Positions 10,649 through 20,879 of a DNA stretch of 64,000 bases are shown here, piece by piece. Made by a program: the position numbers and the translations under genes. The stretch covers positions 640,001 through 704,000 of the forward strand of contig CAVPLT010000001.1 of NCBI GenBank assembly GCA_963706325.1, written 5' to 3'. The notes beneath the pieces were generated by a model. That model was not told the origin of the DNA, made no database searches, and was given only the letters and a program-made list of their open reading frames with translations. How positions within the stretch are numbered: the first letter of the stretch is position 1; every line of letters starts with the position of its first letter. The stretch is from an uncultured Nitrospiraceae bacterium (GTDB taxonomy: Bacteria > Nitrospirota > Nitrospiria > Nitrospirales > Nitrospiraceae).

Positions 10649-11974
10649 CTATCCCTGAATCATGGCGTGGCGATAAACAAAATCCAAGGCTTTGTCGGCC
10701 AAGATTCTGGCCTGAAGATCGTCCAAGGTGTCTTGTCCTCCAGACTGAATCATGCGGCGAACTTCGTCGGCAGACAGCTTGACCTCTGCGGCGAGTCTCG
10801 CAATTTCATGGTTCAGATCTTCATTCGTGACGGAGATGCCCTCTTTTGCCGCTAGCGCTTCGAGGATTAATCCAACCTTCACGCGTCGCTCGGCTTCAGG
10901 CCGATACTCATCCTGGAGTTTGGTGATGTCGTCTGTTCGAGAGGCGGCAGGTGAGGCGTCGGGATGGTCGTCCGATTTGCGCTGGCGGGATTGCAACTGT
11001 TGCCTAACCATAGCTGACAGTTCTCGCTCAACCAAGGTTCCGGGTAGTTCAAAATGATGGGTTTCCGCGAGGCGTTTTAAAATGGTGTCCTTGTAGGAAT
11101 CTTCGATATCCTTCTTGAGGGTCCGCTCCATTTCGGTGCGAAGCTTGTCTCGAATCTCTTGCAAGGACTGATAGGGGCCGCAGTCTTTTGCGAATTCATC
11201 GTCCAGAGACGGGAGTTGCTTTTGCTTCACCGATTGAATAGCGCAGTGAAATGTGACGGTCTTGCCCGCGACACGGGGATCTGGGTGCGTTACCGGATAG
11301 GCCTGAGGAACCGTAATTGTCTCACCTTCCTTTTTGCCGATCAGATGACTTTCAAGATCGACCCCTAGCACGAGGGCATGTGAGCCGATCTTGTGAAGAT
11401 GGCCCTCCTTTGTCGTTCCATCGAGCGGGCTGCCGTCCAGGGTCCCTGTAACATTCAGCACCGCATAGTCCCCATCGGACAATGGCGTTCCCGCCGGGGC
11501 AGGATGCAATTGGGCCATTTGTTCGCGAAGAACCTCGATGGCTTTTTCAACTTGTTCGTCAGTTATGCTCCGGTGATCTTGTTTGAGCGAAATTGGATTG
11601 GGAGCCTTATAATCTCGGAGTTCAATCGTCGGCTTGATTTCGACCGTGGCGGTAAAGGTGAAGGGGGCATCCTTCTTGACCTTAACTCGTTCCAGTGGCG
11701 GAATTTCCACCAGCACCGGGACAATTCCTGATTGGCGAATGGCCCTATCGTAGTAATCGGGGACTAGCGCACGAATGACGTCCTCCTCGACAGTTTTAGC
11801 ATAGCGTTTTTCCAGTAACTGTAGCGGGGCCTTCCCAGCGCGGAAGCCCGGAATGTGCACTTGCTTGTTTAGTTCGGAGTATGCCCGGACAAAGCGCAAG
11901 TTAACTTCGTCTGCCGGAACTTCAATTTTAAGCGATCGCTTCATGGGACCCAGTTCAGTCACTTCAAGTTTCAT
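10649..11974 (-). CDS. tig: Trigger factor
   Basis: IPGFRAGKAP ribosome-binding motif, FKBP-like centre, upstream of clpP-clpX. Confidence 0.95.
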   Translation of the reverse strand: MKLEVTELGPMKRSLKIEVPADEVNLRFVRAYSELNKQVHIPGFRAGKAPLQLLEKRYAKTVEEDVIRALVPDYYDRAIRQSGIVPVLVEIPPLERVKVKKDAPFTFTATVEIKPTIELRDYKAPNPISLKQDHRSITDEQVEKAIEVLREQMAQLHPAPAGTPLSDGDYAVLNVTGTLDGSPLDGTTKEGHLHKIGSHALVLGVDLESHLIGKKEGETITVPQAYPVTHPDPRVAGKTVTFHCAIQSVKQKQLPSLDDEFAKDCGPYQSLQEIRDKLRTEMERTLKKDIEDSYKDTILKRLAETHHFELPGTLVERELSAMVRQQLQSRQRKSDDHPDASPAASRTDDITKLQDEYRPEAERRVKVGLILEALAAKEGISVTNEDLNHEIARLAAEVKLSADEVRRMIQSGGQDTLDDLQARILADKALDFVYRHAMIQG

Positions 11975-12034
11975 ACGTCTGTTCGCGTCCTCCGAGTACA
12001 AAAAAGTTTGGGCGCCACGCAGGGTCTCTAGGTA

Positions 12035-12117
12035 TGGTGCGAGAGGGGGGACTTGAACCCCCACGGTTACCCACGGGCTCCTAAGACCCGCGCGTCTGCC
12101 AGTTCCGCCACTCTCGC
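12035..12117 (-). tRNA. tRNA-Leu(TAG)
   Basis: GCGAGAGTGGCGGAACTGGCAGACGC...CTTAGGA...GGTTCAAGTCC...CTCTCGCACCA; long variable arm, encoded CCA. Confidence 0.95.
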
Positions 12118-12430
12118 GACGCTGACACCGCGTTGCCTATCGATGCTGCATGCGGAAGGTGCCTGCTGATGGAAAGAGCTGCTGAATAATGACATTTTGT
12201 ACCGTCGATCGAGCCTACCTGTCAACCCATACGCCGGTTGGGCGTATCTAATTCGTCATTCGCTCCAAGCCTCAGCCGCCCCGCTCATTCACCTGGTAAG
12301 GAGACCTGAAGCTCGGAAATGCTTGCGGATGATTATGTGCAGTAGTACCACAATCTCTGTGGAGGTATAATGAAAAGCAAGCCTTGGATACCAATCATCT
12401 AGGGCCCTCTTCTGCGAGGAGGAACCATCC

Positions 12431-13516
12431 ATGAAGCTGATCGTTTTGGCTGTCTCAGCAGCATCCCTTCTGGTTCTCTGTGGGATGTACTCCTCAGGGT
12501 GGGCCTATCGAGACTATTTCACCCACGAACAAAAAGCTCAATTGGAACGGATTCAAACCGTCTTTGTGGATGTCATTATCCTAACCGACCAAGGAACAGG
12601 AACTCCGGATAGCATCAGGGGCGTGGTGATGCGTCGTATCGGCGAACTGGGCTATGCGGTGAGTGCGGACCACGCCATTCCCCACGATGTCCTTGTCAGG
12701 GTGAAGTGCGAGCAACGAAAGACGTGGGAAGGGACTTCATCTGCGGGCGGGGACAATGATTTGCCCGATGCCCCTTCACGTTTATGGAAGGGCCCCGCTT
12801 GTCAATTGACCTATGATCTGGGAGGCATGAAGGTCAAGTGGCAGAAAGAGGTCCGCGCTGATTTTGAAGATGCCGTCCAGGCTTCTCAATCGGCTCACGC
12901 TGGCGACCCTGGCGTATACGCCTTGAGTGCACTGCGCGATGCGTTGGAAAAATACGAATTTCCCCTGCTATTGACGGCTGAATGGGGGCAGCCAGATCGA
13001 TTGCTGAAGCTATTGGATTCTCCGGAGACCAGTCACCTCCGGAAGCTGAAGATCATTTCCTTATTGGGCGAAATGGTGGCAGATGAAGCATTGCCGCGTC
13101 TCATGGAGGCGCTCAAGGACAAAGATCTGGCCAAGCAAGCGGCGGTAGCGCTCGGCAACATGGGTAAAGAAGGGATCCCCATCCTAGTTGATATTCTCAA
13201 GCACTCGAAACAACCTGACTTGCAAGCGGCCGCAGCAAAAGGTCTGGGCGATCTTGGCAATATCCATAGCGATGTGACCGTGGTTCCCCCGCTGCTGGAA
13301 ATGCTGGACGCACCAGATATCGACATCGCCGTCCAAACAGAAATCGCATGGGCCTTGGGGCGGGTGCCTGATCGTCGCTCAGTTGAACCTCTGTTTGCAC
13401 TTGATCGGAAACTGCAGAAGATCAGGAAGGATCCGCCGGACCCTCAAATGAAGAAGCTGAAGGAGGCGGTGTTCTGGTCGATCAAGCAGGTGTACACGGA
13501 AGATCAGTACAGCTGA
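12431..13516 (+). CDS. Exported HEAT-repeat protein
   Basis: GAGGAGG RBS, signal peptide, C-terminal HEAT-like repeats (AAVALGNMG, AAAKGLGDLG, IAWALGRV). Confidence 0.8.
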   Translation: MKLIVLAVSAASLLVLCGMYSSGWAYRDYFTHEQKAQLERIQTVFVDVIILTDQGTGTPDSIRGVVMRRIGELGYAVSADHAIPHDVLVRVKCEQRKTWEGTSSAGGDNDLPDAPSRLWKGPACQLTYDLGGMKVKWQKEVRADFEDAVQASQSAHAGDPGVYALSALRDALEKYEFPLLLTAEWGQPDRLLKLLDSPETSHLRKLKIISLLGEMVADEALPRLMEALKDKDLAKQAAVALGNMGKEGIPILVDILKHSKQPDLQAAAAKGLGDLGNIHSDVTVVPPLLEMLDAPDIDIAVQTEIAWALGRVPDRRSVEPLFALDRKLQKIRKDPPDPQMKKLKEAVFWSIKQVYTEDQYS

Positions 13517-13878
13517 CGTGATTTACCGGTCAGCATATCCTTTCTTGCTATAGTTTGAACGAAGCGTTCTTCCCATCTCGGAATATCGGATACCGGTGCA
13601 ACGCTGCGCGTTCTCGTTACTTGCCATCCATACTTTGATTACAAACCTATTGCGCTCAGTCTCTTCTCCGGACTTTCATGTCGCGCTGATGATCCTCCCG
13701 CGACCGCTGGCGCGTCTCCATTGATGGGACACGAGGATTTGCCGAAATCTCCGATAGCCTATGGAAGCTGTTAAAAACTGGGCGGCTCTGCTATGAGAAG
13801 CTGCGTCGGCAGTGTCTGGCAGTTGCCATCTTCCACGCGATGGTGAAGCAGTCAATGGCACACAGGGAGGTCTGCGGC

Positions 13879-15123
13879 ATGGGTCATATCTCACGAAGGC
13901 GATTTTTACAATTATCAGCCATGACCGGGGGTGCGCTTGCGGCGAGCGAGTTGGCCAGTCTCATGATGGGACTAGCGGGCAATGGCACACGCGCGTACGC
14001 CGGGGAGTCGATCAAAATCGGGATTCTCGACCCATTGTCGAGTCCGTATAAGACGTCGTCCATTCACGATGTGCATGGGGCACATGTCGCGGTAGATATT
14101 TTCAACAAGCGCGGTGGGGTACTGGGGCGGCCGGTGGCCATCCTCGAAGCCGATGATGCCTCTAACCCTGAACAGGCTGTGAAGGCCGCCACCAAGTTCA
14201 TCAAGGAAGACCGGATCGATGTTCTCATGGGTACGTTGAATGGAGACTGTGCTTTAGCCGTCAGTGCGTTGGCGAAGAAAGAAAACAAATTGTTCATGGT
14301 TACCGGGTCCTATCTTCCTGAGCTGACGGGGGCAGCCTGCGACTCACACACGTTCGTGTTCATGCCCAATGCTTCGATGCTGGCGCAAGCGGTGACGCCG
14401 CAACTAGTGAGGGCCTATGGCGCCCGCTGGTACATGCTCACAACGAGCTCGTTGGACGGCAAAACGGCCGCGCAGGCCTTGGTCACGGTTGCTCAACGTC
14501 AGGGAGTTGAATTCGTGGGGGAAACCCTAATGCCGTTCGGCTCGACGGATTTTGTTTCCGCCTTGGCCGCGGCCAAGGAACAACGGCCGACACTCATTGT
14601 GCTCAATCTTTACGGCTGGGACTTAGTCAATGCGTTGAAGGGCTATGCCACGCTGGAATTGTCGAAAGACAAGATTGGGACCGGCGGCTTGCTGAGCGGC
14701 GAGCAAATTGGCCGTCCTTTGGGCTATGCAAACAACGCGGGAATCTGGGGCCTTATCTGGGATCCAAAGGTCAACACTGAGGGGTCCAAGCGTTTTATCC
14801 AAGCCGTGGTCGAGAAGTACAGCCATACGCCGACCTCGCGCTGCTATCTGGGCTATGCCGCGATGACGCAGATATTGGAGGCGATGCAGCGCGCAGGCAC
14901 TACAGAAACTGATGCGCTCATTAAGGCCTTAGAAGGGCATGAGTTTGATGGTTTGAAAGAGGGGCGGTCATATTTTCGGGCTTCCGACCATCAGCACGTA
15001 CAGGATGTGCTCGTCGGGGAAGCCTACGGAAAAGAGCTTGGCCTCGGCCATTATAAAATTCTGACGACGGTTCCGGGTGAACGCGCAGAGCTGATGACCA
15101 ATCAAAGTGCCTGTCGACTATAG
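13879..15123 (+). CDS. Tat-exported branched-chain amino acid/amide ABC substrate-binding protein (LivJ-like)
   Basis: SRRRFLQ Tat motif, IKIGILDPLS, GGVLGRPVAILEADD. Confidence 0.88.
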   Translation: MGHISRRRFLQLSAMTGGALAASELASLMMGLAGNGTRAYAGESIKIGILDPLSSPYKTSSIHDVHGAHVAVDIFNKRGGVLGRPVAILEADDASNPEQAVKAATKFIKEDRIDVLMGTLNGDCALAVSALAKKENKLFMVTGSYLPELTGAACDSHTFVFMPNASMLAQAVTPQLVRAYGARWYMLTTSSLDGKTAAQALVTVAQRQGVEFVGETLMPFGSTDFVSALAAAKEQRPTLIVLNLYGWDLVNALKGYATLELSKDKIGTGGLLSGEQIGRPLGYANNAGIWGLIWDPKVNTEGSKRFIQAVVEKYSHTPTSRCYLGYAAMTQILEAMQRAGTTETDALIKALEGHEFDGLKEGRSYFRASDHQHVQDVLVGEAYGKELGLGHYKILTTVPGERAELMTNQSACRL

Positions 15124-15173
15124 CACTGGGCACTCGCTATGAGCACAATATGCCTCTAGGTATGTGCGCATCC

Positions 15174-16733
15174 CTAATGCGCGGAGCTAATGGCCGCGAG
15201 ACGAGCATTGTCACGCGATGTCTCTCGACCCGCGGCGACGGTCGGGCCCTGAACGATGACCAATTCCAACCGGCGGTTTTTCTGACGACCTTGTTCGCTG
15301 GCATTGGAAGCGAGTGGTCTCGAATCGGCCATACCTACAGCCTTCGTCCTGTCGGCCGGCATGCCCCCATTGATCAAAGCGCGTCGAGCATTTTCAGCGC
15401 GAGCCCAGGAGAGCGCTTTGTTGTCTGGGAACGTTTTTTGGAGGGCTTTGCTGATCGGCTGGTTATCCGTGTGCCCCGCCACCTGGACATATCTGTCGGT
15501 AGTTTGTCCTAACACCGTGCCGATCCGCTTCAACATGGTCGAGCCATCCGGCGTAAGGGCGGCATCGCTGGACGCGAACAACCAGTTGGACGCTAACGCG
15601 ACGGTCAGCCGGTTGCCATCCTGTCTGACGGTAATCGTGTTCTGTCCGCGATCACCGGGCAGTACCTTAAGCAAGTCTTCTTTCATCGCCGCGAAGCGCC
15701 CATTCGCGGTATCTACTTGCGTGGAAGCTCCTGTGCGTCCCTCATCGTTTCCTGAAGGGTTTGTCTTTCCAGGTGTGGACTGCCCAACGATATCGCTGGG
15801 TGACCGTTTGACCGAGCTAAGGTCTCTTGAGCGCGGAGTTAGCTGAGGCTGTGTGGTCTCTCGGCTCGCAGAAGGTACTCGGGGCGGTTCGACTCCAGTG
15901 CTACTGGCGCCCAGTGGTCGTTCGGGAGGCGTGCCCGAAGGGCTTTTTTGCCGAGCCGACATGTCGCGCGTCTTATCACCCACCCGTTGTTCAAGTGCGG
16001 CGATGTTGTGTCTTGCCTGATAGACCTCAGCAACCATGGCGTTATACTGGGGAACCAATTTATCTCGCTCTAAAAGTCGCGTGCGAACTGTCTCATAGGC
16101 TTGCTCCCGATCCTTGAGCAGTTGATCAAGGGCGGTGATGCGTGCCTTCAACGAGCCGATCGTTGTAGTGGCGCTCTGCAGCTGGGCCGCGAAGCTGTCT
16201 CGCTCAGCCGTACCCGCACGAGTGGCGCGGAGATCACTGTCTTGGCGGGTGACGTGCGTTTCCAGCTCCATGATTCGTCGTCGTGCCAGCTCGAGTTCCG
16301 CGACAACCGTCGCGTGTGTCTGAAGGGCGGTCAGATCTTTTTCGCGCGATGCCGATTGTTGCTCGAGTGCTGCAAGGCGTTGACGAGCCTGCTGTAACTC
16401 ACTCGTCGTGACGGCTACTTGGCCAGTCAATCGGTCTCGTTCCGGCCCTAATTTTCTCAAATCGGCAAGTTCCGCTTCTTTGGCGCTGAGCAATTGCTCA
16501 TAGGACGCTGCGGCCGGGGGACTTTGGCGATCCCCCAACTTGCTTTCGAGATCGCGAATGCGATCATGAAATTCCCCGAGCGTGGCTAGCAACTGGCTTC
16601 GCTCTTGCTGAAGAGCCAGGAGTTTCACTTCCGCGGGTGATGGATTCGTTGCGACGGGATGAACTTGGGAGGGGGTTTCACATCCCGTGACGAGGATGGC
16701 GAGCACTATGAGCATCGGTGCAGCTCGTCTCAT
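15174..16733 (-). CDS. Coiled-coil lipoprotein with C-terminal OmpA/MotB peptidoglycan-binding domain
   Basis: VTGC lipobox, long heptad region, VAGHTDN...LSWARA...GRQKNRRLE. Confidence 0.85.
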   Translation of the reverse strand: MRRAAPMLIVLAILVTGCETPSQVHPVATNPSPAEVKLLALQQERSQLLATLGEFHDRIRDLESKLGDRQSPPAAASYEQLLSAKEAELADLRKLGPERDRLTGQVAVTTSELQQARQRLAALEQQSASREKDLTALQTHATVVAELELARRRIMELETHVTRQDSDLRATRAGTAERDSFAAQLQSATTTIGSLKARITALDQLLKDREQAYETVRTRLLERDKLVPQYNAMVAEVYQARHNIAALEQRVGDKTRDMSARQKSPSGTPPERPLGASSTGVEPPRVPSASRETTQPQLTPRSRDLSSVKRSPSDIVGQSTPGKTNPSGNDEGRTGASTQVDTANGRFAAMKEDLLKVLPGDRGQNTITVRQDGNRLTVALASNWLFASSDAALTPDGSTMLKRIGTVLGQTTDRYVQVAGHTDNQPISKALQKTFPDNKALSWARAENARRALINGGMPADRTKAVGMADSRPLASNASEQGRQKNRRLELVIVQGPTVAAGRETSRDNARLAAISSAH

Positions 16734-16976
16734 AAGAGCGCTCCTTGGTAGGAAAGGATATATGCTGTGTATCGCAGGACATCGACAGCCGTTCATTGGG
16801 AACCAGAGTAAGCAGTGAGGGGATGGAACTGACGCCGAGCTGAAGACTACTGATCAGCTGGTGCGAACCTGCGTGCCTACTGAAGATGGTTGTAATCATG
16901 CACCCTCCAGGAACACGCCGGCACTCTAACGTGTTCCTGGAGCGGATGCAAGCCGTATCGAGTCACTGCGTGGTCG

Positions 16977-18086
16977 CTAGTGGTCGACGACGATTTCCAC
17001 GCGTCGATTTTTCTGTCGTCCTTCGGCTGTCGAGTTGCTGGCGATAGGCCGGCTGTCCGCATGTCCCTTGGCCTCGACCTTGTCCATGGCCATGCCGCCG
17101 TCGGTTAGCGCCTGACGTGCGTCTTCTGCGCGCGCTTGAGAGAGCTCGACGTTAGTTGGAAACTTCTTCGCCAGGCGACCCTTGATGGGCACATTATCCG
17201 TGTGACCAGCCACATGAATCGAACGATCCGGGTATTGCTTGAGTACCCCCCCGATGCGACGCAAGACATCCACTCCTCCCGTCTTGAGCATGGCCTCACC
17301 GGAATCAAACAGCAAAGTCGTGGCTAGGCCCAGGGTCAGCTGGTCGCCCAGCTGTTTCATTGTGACGTTGCCTTTTGCGACTTCGGCCTGAAGGAGGTTC
17401 GACAAATCATCTTTCGCCTCAGCAAGGCTGGTTTTCTGTTGTTCAAGGGCTCCCTTGAGGCCCACCATTTCGTGGTCACGTCGCGTAAGTTCGCTCTCAA
17501 GGTCTGAAGCCCGTTGTCTGGCGGCGGCCATGTCGGCGACGAGTTGTTCCTGTTGACCGGCGGCATTCTTCAATCCCGCCAGCTCGTGATCTCGCGCCTC
17601 CAGTTGCCGCTCCAATTCAGCAATGCGTTGCTTTGTCTGCGCCAACTCGGACGACAGACGATCTCGATCGCCGGCGCTGCTTTTGAGTGCCGTGACTTCC
17701 TGCTCTTTGGAGGAGAGTTGACGTTCCGCATCGGACAGTTGACTGGCGAGGCGATCCTTGTCGCCGGAGGCGTTGCGGAGCGAAGCCAATTCGCGGTCGC
17801 GCTGGCTGAGTTGGGATTCAAGCTCGGTGGCTCGGGCCTGGGCCTGGTCCAGATCGCCTGTGACCGAAGAACGGAGCCGTGCGAGTTCCGCGTCGGCGTG
17901 GACATTCTGCTGCTCGAGCTCGGCAATTCTGGTATCCCGCGGGTCGGCCTTTGGCGGGAGCGGCCTGTCCACCGCCTTCATTTCATTCAGGGCTCGGCTC
18001 GCGGAGTCATTGGGCACCGATGCAATTGTGCACGACGCGAGCAGCACGGTACTCAACATCAGGGGAAGAATGCGGGCGTCTTTCAC
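16977..18086 (-). CDS. Coiled-coil lipoprotein with C-terminal OmpA/MotB domain
   Basis: LASC lipobox, internal coiled-coil repeats, VAGHTDN...LSQARA...GRQKNRRVEI. Confidence 0.87.
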   Translation of the reverse strand: MKDARILPLMLSTVLLASCTIASVPNDSASRALNEMKAVDRPLPPKADPRDTRIAELEQQNVHADAELARLRSSVTGDLDQAQARATELESQLSQRDRELASLRNASGDKDRLASQLSDAERQLSSKEQEVTALKSSAGDRDRLSSELAQTKQRIAELERQLEARDHELAGLKNAAGQQEQLVADMAAARQRASDLESELTRRDHEMVGLKGALEQQKTSLAEAKDDLSNLLQAEVAKGNVTMKQLGDQLTLGLATTLLFDSGEAMLKTGGVDVLRRIGGVLKQYPDRSIHVAGHTDNVPIKGRLAKKFPTNVELSQARAEDARQALTDGGMAMDKVEAKGHADSRPIASNSTAEGRQKNRRVEIVVDH

Positions 18087-18159
18087 GTGACCCTCCTCAA
18101 ACGCATCAAGGCCGCTGAAGGCGTCCAAGCGGCACGAACGAATCATGGGCGTGAACAGC

Positions 18160-18585
18160 TTAGGGACGTTTATTTTTCAAAAGGTCCCGGATTTCCGTCA
18201 ACAGCACTTCTTCCTTGGGCGGGGCAGGAGGTGGACCGGGGGGGACTGCTTTCTTGAAGCGGTTCATTTGTTTGACCACCAGAAAAATTACGAAGGCAAG
18301 AATCGTAAAGTCGAGGAGGGTTTGCAGGAAGACACCGTAGTTGATGGTCGCCGCGCCTGCGGCTTTGGCGGCCGTCAGCGATTTTCCTTTGGCGTCCTCG
18401 GTCAATGGAATGAAGAGGCTGGAGAAATCCACTTTCCCCAGTAAGAGTCCGATGGGTGGCATCAGAATGTCACTGACGACGGAGGACACGATTTTTCCGA
18501 ACGCGCCACCGATGATGACTCCCACGGCCATGTCAAGCACATTGCCCTTCACGGCAAATTCTCTGAATTCACCCATCATGCTCAT
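18160..18585 (-). CDS. mscL: Large-conductance mechanosensitive channel
   Basis: [28 protein letters not shown] and [10 protein letters not shown]. Confidence 0.97.
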   Translation of the reverse strand: MSMMGEFREFAVKGNVLDMAVGVIIGGAFGKIVSSVVSDILMPPIGLLLGKVDFSSLFIPLTEDAKGKSLTAAKAAGAATINYGVFLQTLLDFTILAFVIFLVVKQMNRFKKAVPPGPPPAPPKEEVLLTEIRDLLKNKRP

Positions 18586-18633
18586 TGTGCCACCTCCTTG
18601 ATCGAACGGATTAAGTGCCGCCGCCGCTTTCCC

Positions 18634-19746
18634 CTACTGTTTTCGGCTGGTGTCGAAGCCGTATCCCAGCGTGATCAGGTACAGGTTATCCGTGTCCGAG
18701 ACGCCGGGTGGCGGGTTCTTGTTGTAGCGCATCGTCCATTGAAGCCCACTCACCAGTCCTCCCCAGACTTTGAACCGCAAACCGCTGTCCACCGTCAGGT
18801 AGAGATCCTTCGAGTTGGCGAGCGATTGAAAGCCCTCCTGGAAGTGGTACAGGCTGACCTGATCGGCGCCCCAGAGCGGCCAATTCCATTTGATGGCCCA
18901 TCGGGCCCTCGTGCTGGACTTATCGTCGGCGAGCTTAAAATCTTCATTGAAGTAGGCCGCGCCGGTCTCTGCCCACAGTGTCATGTCTCTATAGATGCCT
19001 GCCAGGTCGCCACGATCCAGGATTTGAAATCCAGGCCCTGTGGAGAGGGCGGTGCGCAACTTCAAATCTTGAAAGGTGTCTTGTTCGAAATAGGCGGAGG
19101 CGAACCAATACCACCGCTTCGTGAGGAAAAAGTCAAGCTTGATGGTGCCGCGACTGTTTCGCACGAGGAGGCTTCCCGCGTCGTCGCCATATACATAACG
19201 ACCGAGGATTGTCAGGCGTAACGACTCACTGCGAGCGGTCAGCTCGCCGAGGAAACTTCCATTCCGCAGATGGCTGTTTCCTGTCGATTGCGAGAATCCC
19301 GCTTGGATAGCGCCGCTGTAGATGACGGCGGACTGGTTCACACCAAGGACGGAATCAAATGGAATGGCCATCGGGATCCCTGTGGGTGCGGCCTTCAAGA
19401 TCATCGTGCCGGGCTCACCGGGCTCTGTCGTTCCCACCACCGTGGTGCCTTCCTTCAGGCTGAACGGGATGGGACGATTGACCTCAAGTTTGGCCACGTT
19501 CGTCCACATGATCTTGACGACGTCGTTGCCGCCTGTCGGCCCGAAACTTGTCTTGATCTGTAGTTCACCCGCGGCCATACCGAGGACCTGCCCATAGATC
19601 ACCGTGCCGTCTTTGAGGGTGACGGAGTCTAGCGTCACCGCTCCGGGCACAGCATCCGGCGGAGCTGAGGGCTCTGCCCCCATGACCGATGTCGCCATTC
19701 CCATGCAGAGCACAGCGAAAACAAGGAATCTCTGTCGTCGCGTCAT
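18634..19746 (-). CDS. DUF481 (YdiY-like) outer-membrane beta-barrel protein
   Basis: Signal peptide, DSVTLKDG N-domain, EQDTFQDLKLR, C-terminal ITLGYGF. Confidence 0.75.
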   Translation of the reverse strand: MTRRQRFLVFAVLCMGMATSVMGAEPSAPPDAVPGAVTLDSVTLKDGTVIYGQVLGMAAGELQIKTSFGPTGGNDVVKIMWTNVAKLEVNRPIPFSLKEGTTVVGTTEPGEPGTMILKAAPTGIPMAIPFDSVLGVNQSAVIYSGAIQAGFSQSTGNSHLRNGSFLGELTARSESLRLTILGRYVYGDDAGSLLVRNSRGTIKLDFFLTKRWYWFASAYFEQDTFQDLKLRTALSTGPGFQILDRGDLAGIYRDMTLWAETGAAYFNEDFKLADDKSSTRARWAIKWNWPLWGADQVSLYHFQEGFQSLANSKDLYLTVDSGLRFKVWGGLVSGLQWTMRYNKNPPPGVSDTDNLYLITLGYGFDTSRKQ

Positions 19747-20060
19747 GTCGTCATCCTCTCGAGTTTTGCGAACAGCCAATGTGTGAGCAGCGCACTGAGT
19801 GAGCCGCGCGGGGCATGTATAGATGATGCTGCGTAGGAGATCAATCCGTAGTGGCGAGTGCATCGAGCGGACGTCGTTCCGGTCTACCTGCACACATGAT
19901 GGTCGCTCTGGCGATCTTCAGCACACGTGAGCTGGAGGGAAGATCGAATTTGTCAGCCAGCGGTTAAGGCGGCGCATCTCATTTCTAGGAAGACCGGGCT
20001 CTTCGGGGGCCAGGCGTACGGAGGCGTCGAGTGGCCCCGTGAGGCGATGATCTATCCTGA

Positions 20061-20861
20061 TTAGGAGGGAGTGAGCAGGCGTACTTCGCGTTGCGGGAAC
20101 GGAATGTCCACTCCCTCGGCGCGGAACTGTTCAAGGATTGCCTGGTTGAGTTCGATTTGTGCAACCCCCACTGACGCCACCTTCACCCAGGGCCGGACGG
20201 AGAGTGTGATGGATGAATCGGCAAACGCTGTAATGCCGATGATGGGAGCTGGATCCGAGAGCACCAGCGGGTGCCGCGTTACGAGGCCGCGCAGCCTATC
20301 CAGGGTTTTGTCGATGTCGGTTCGGTAGGACACGCCAATGGAGAGATCCAGCTGCCGAATCGTGCCGAAGTTGTGCAGAATTTCTCCAACCACCTTTCGA
20401 TTCGGGATCACAATGTGGGAATGATCCGGATGCACGAGTGTGGTGGTGAAGATGTCAATCTTTGCAACTGCGCCATGCACGTTCAAGAGAGAGACGTGTT
20501 CGCCGACTCGGTAGGGCTTGGTGAAGATGATCGACAACCCAGCCACGACATTGCTGAGCACCCCTTGCAGAGCTAGTCCTACCCCCAGTCCGGCGACCCC
20601 GAGCCCGGCGACGAGCGGGGCGATTTGTAGGCCGAGTTGATCCAAGGCGATGAGGAGGCCCAGGATGACCACGAGGGCCTTAACCAGGCGCAGGAGCAGC
20701 AGGCGTAGCGGTGGCTCAAGCTCCTGCTGGTTAAGCCATCGCTCAAACAGTTTGCCGACGGACTTGGCGACGAACAGCGCCGCTATCAGGACAAGGACCG
20801 CCCCCATGATTCGGAAGCCATATTGCACGATATACTGGGTGACTAAATTTGCCAGCGACAT
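20061..20861 (-). CDS. mscS: Small-conductance mechanosensitive channel
   Basis: GLGVGLALQGVLSNVVAGL, PYRVGE, IVIPN, IPFPQR. Confidence 0.93.
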   Translation of the reverse strand: MSLANLVTQYIVQYGFRIMGAVLVLIAALFVAKSVGKLFERWLNQQELEPPLRLLLLRLVKALVVILGLLIALDQLGLQIAPLVAGLGVAGLGVGLALQGVLSNVVAGLSIIFTKPYRVGEHVSLLNVHGAVAKIDIFTTTLVHPDHSHIVIPNRKVVGEILHNFGTIRQLDLSIGVSYRTDIDKTLDRLRGLVTRHPLVLSDPAPIIGITAFADSSITLSVRPWVKVASVGVAQIELNQAILEQFRAEGVDIPFPQREVRLLTPS

Positions 20862-20879
20862 GCTGCCTCCCTGTGAATG

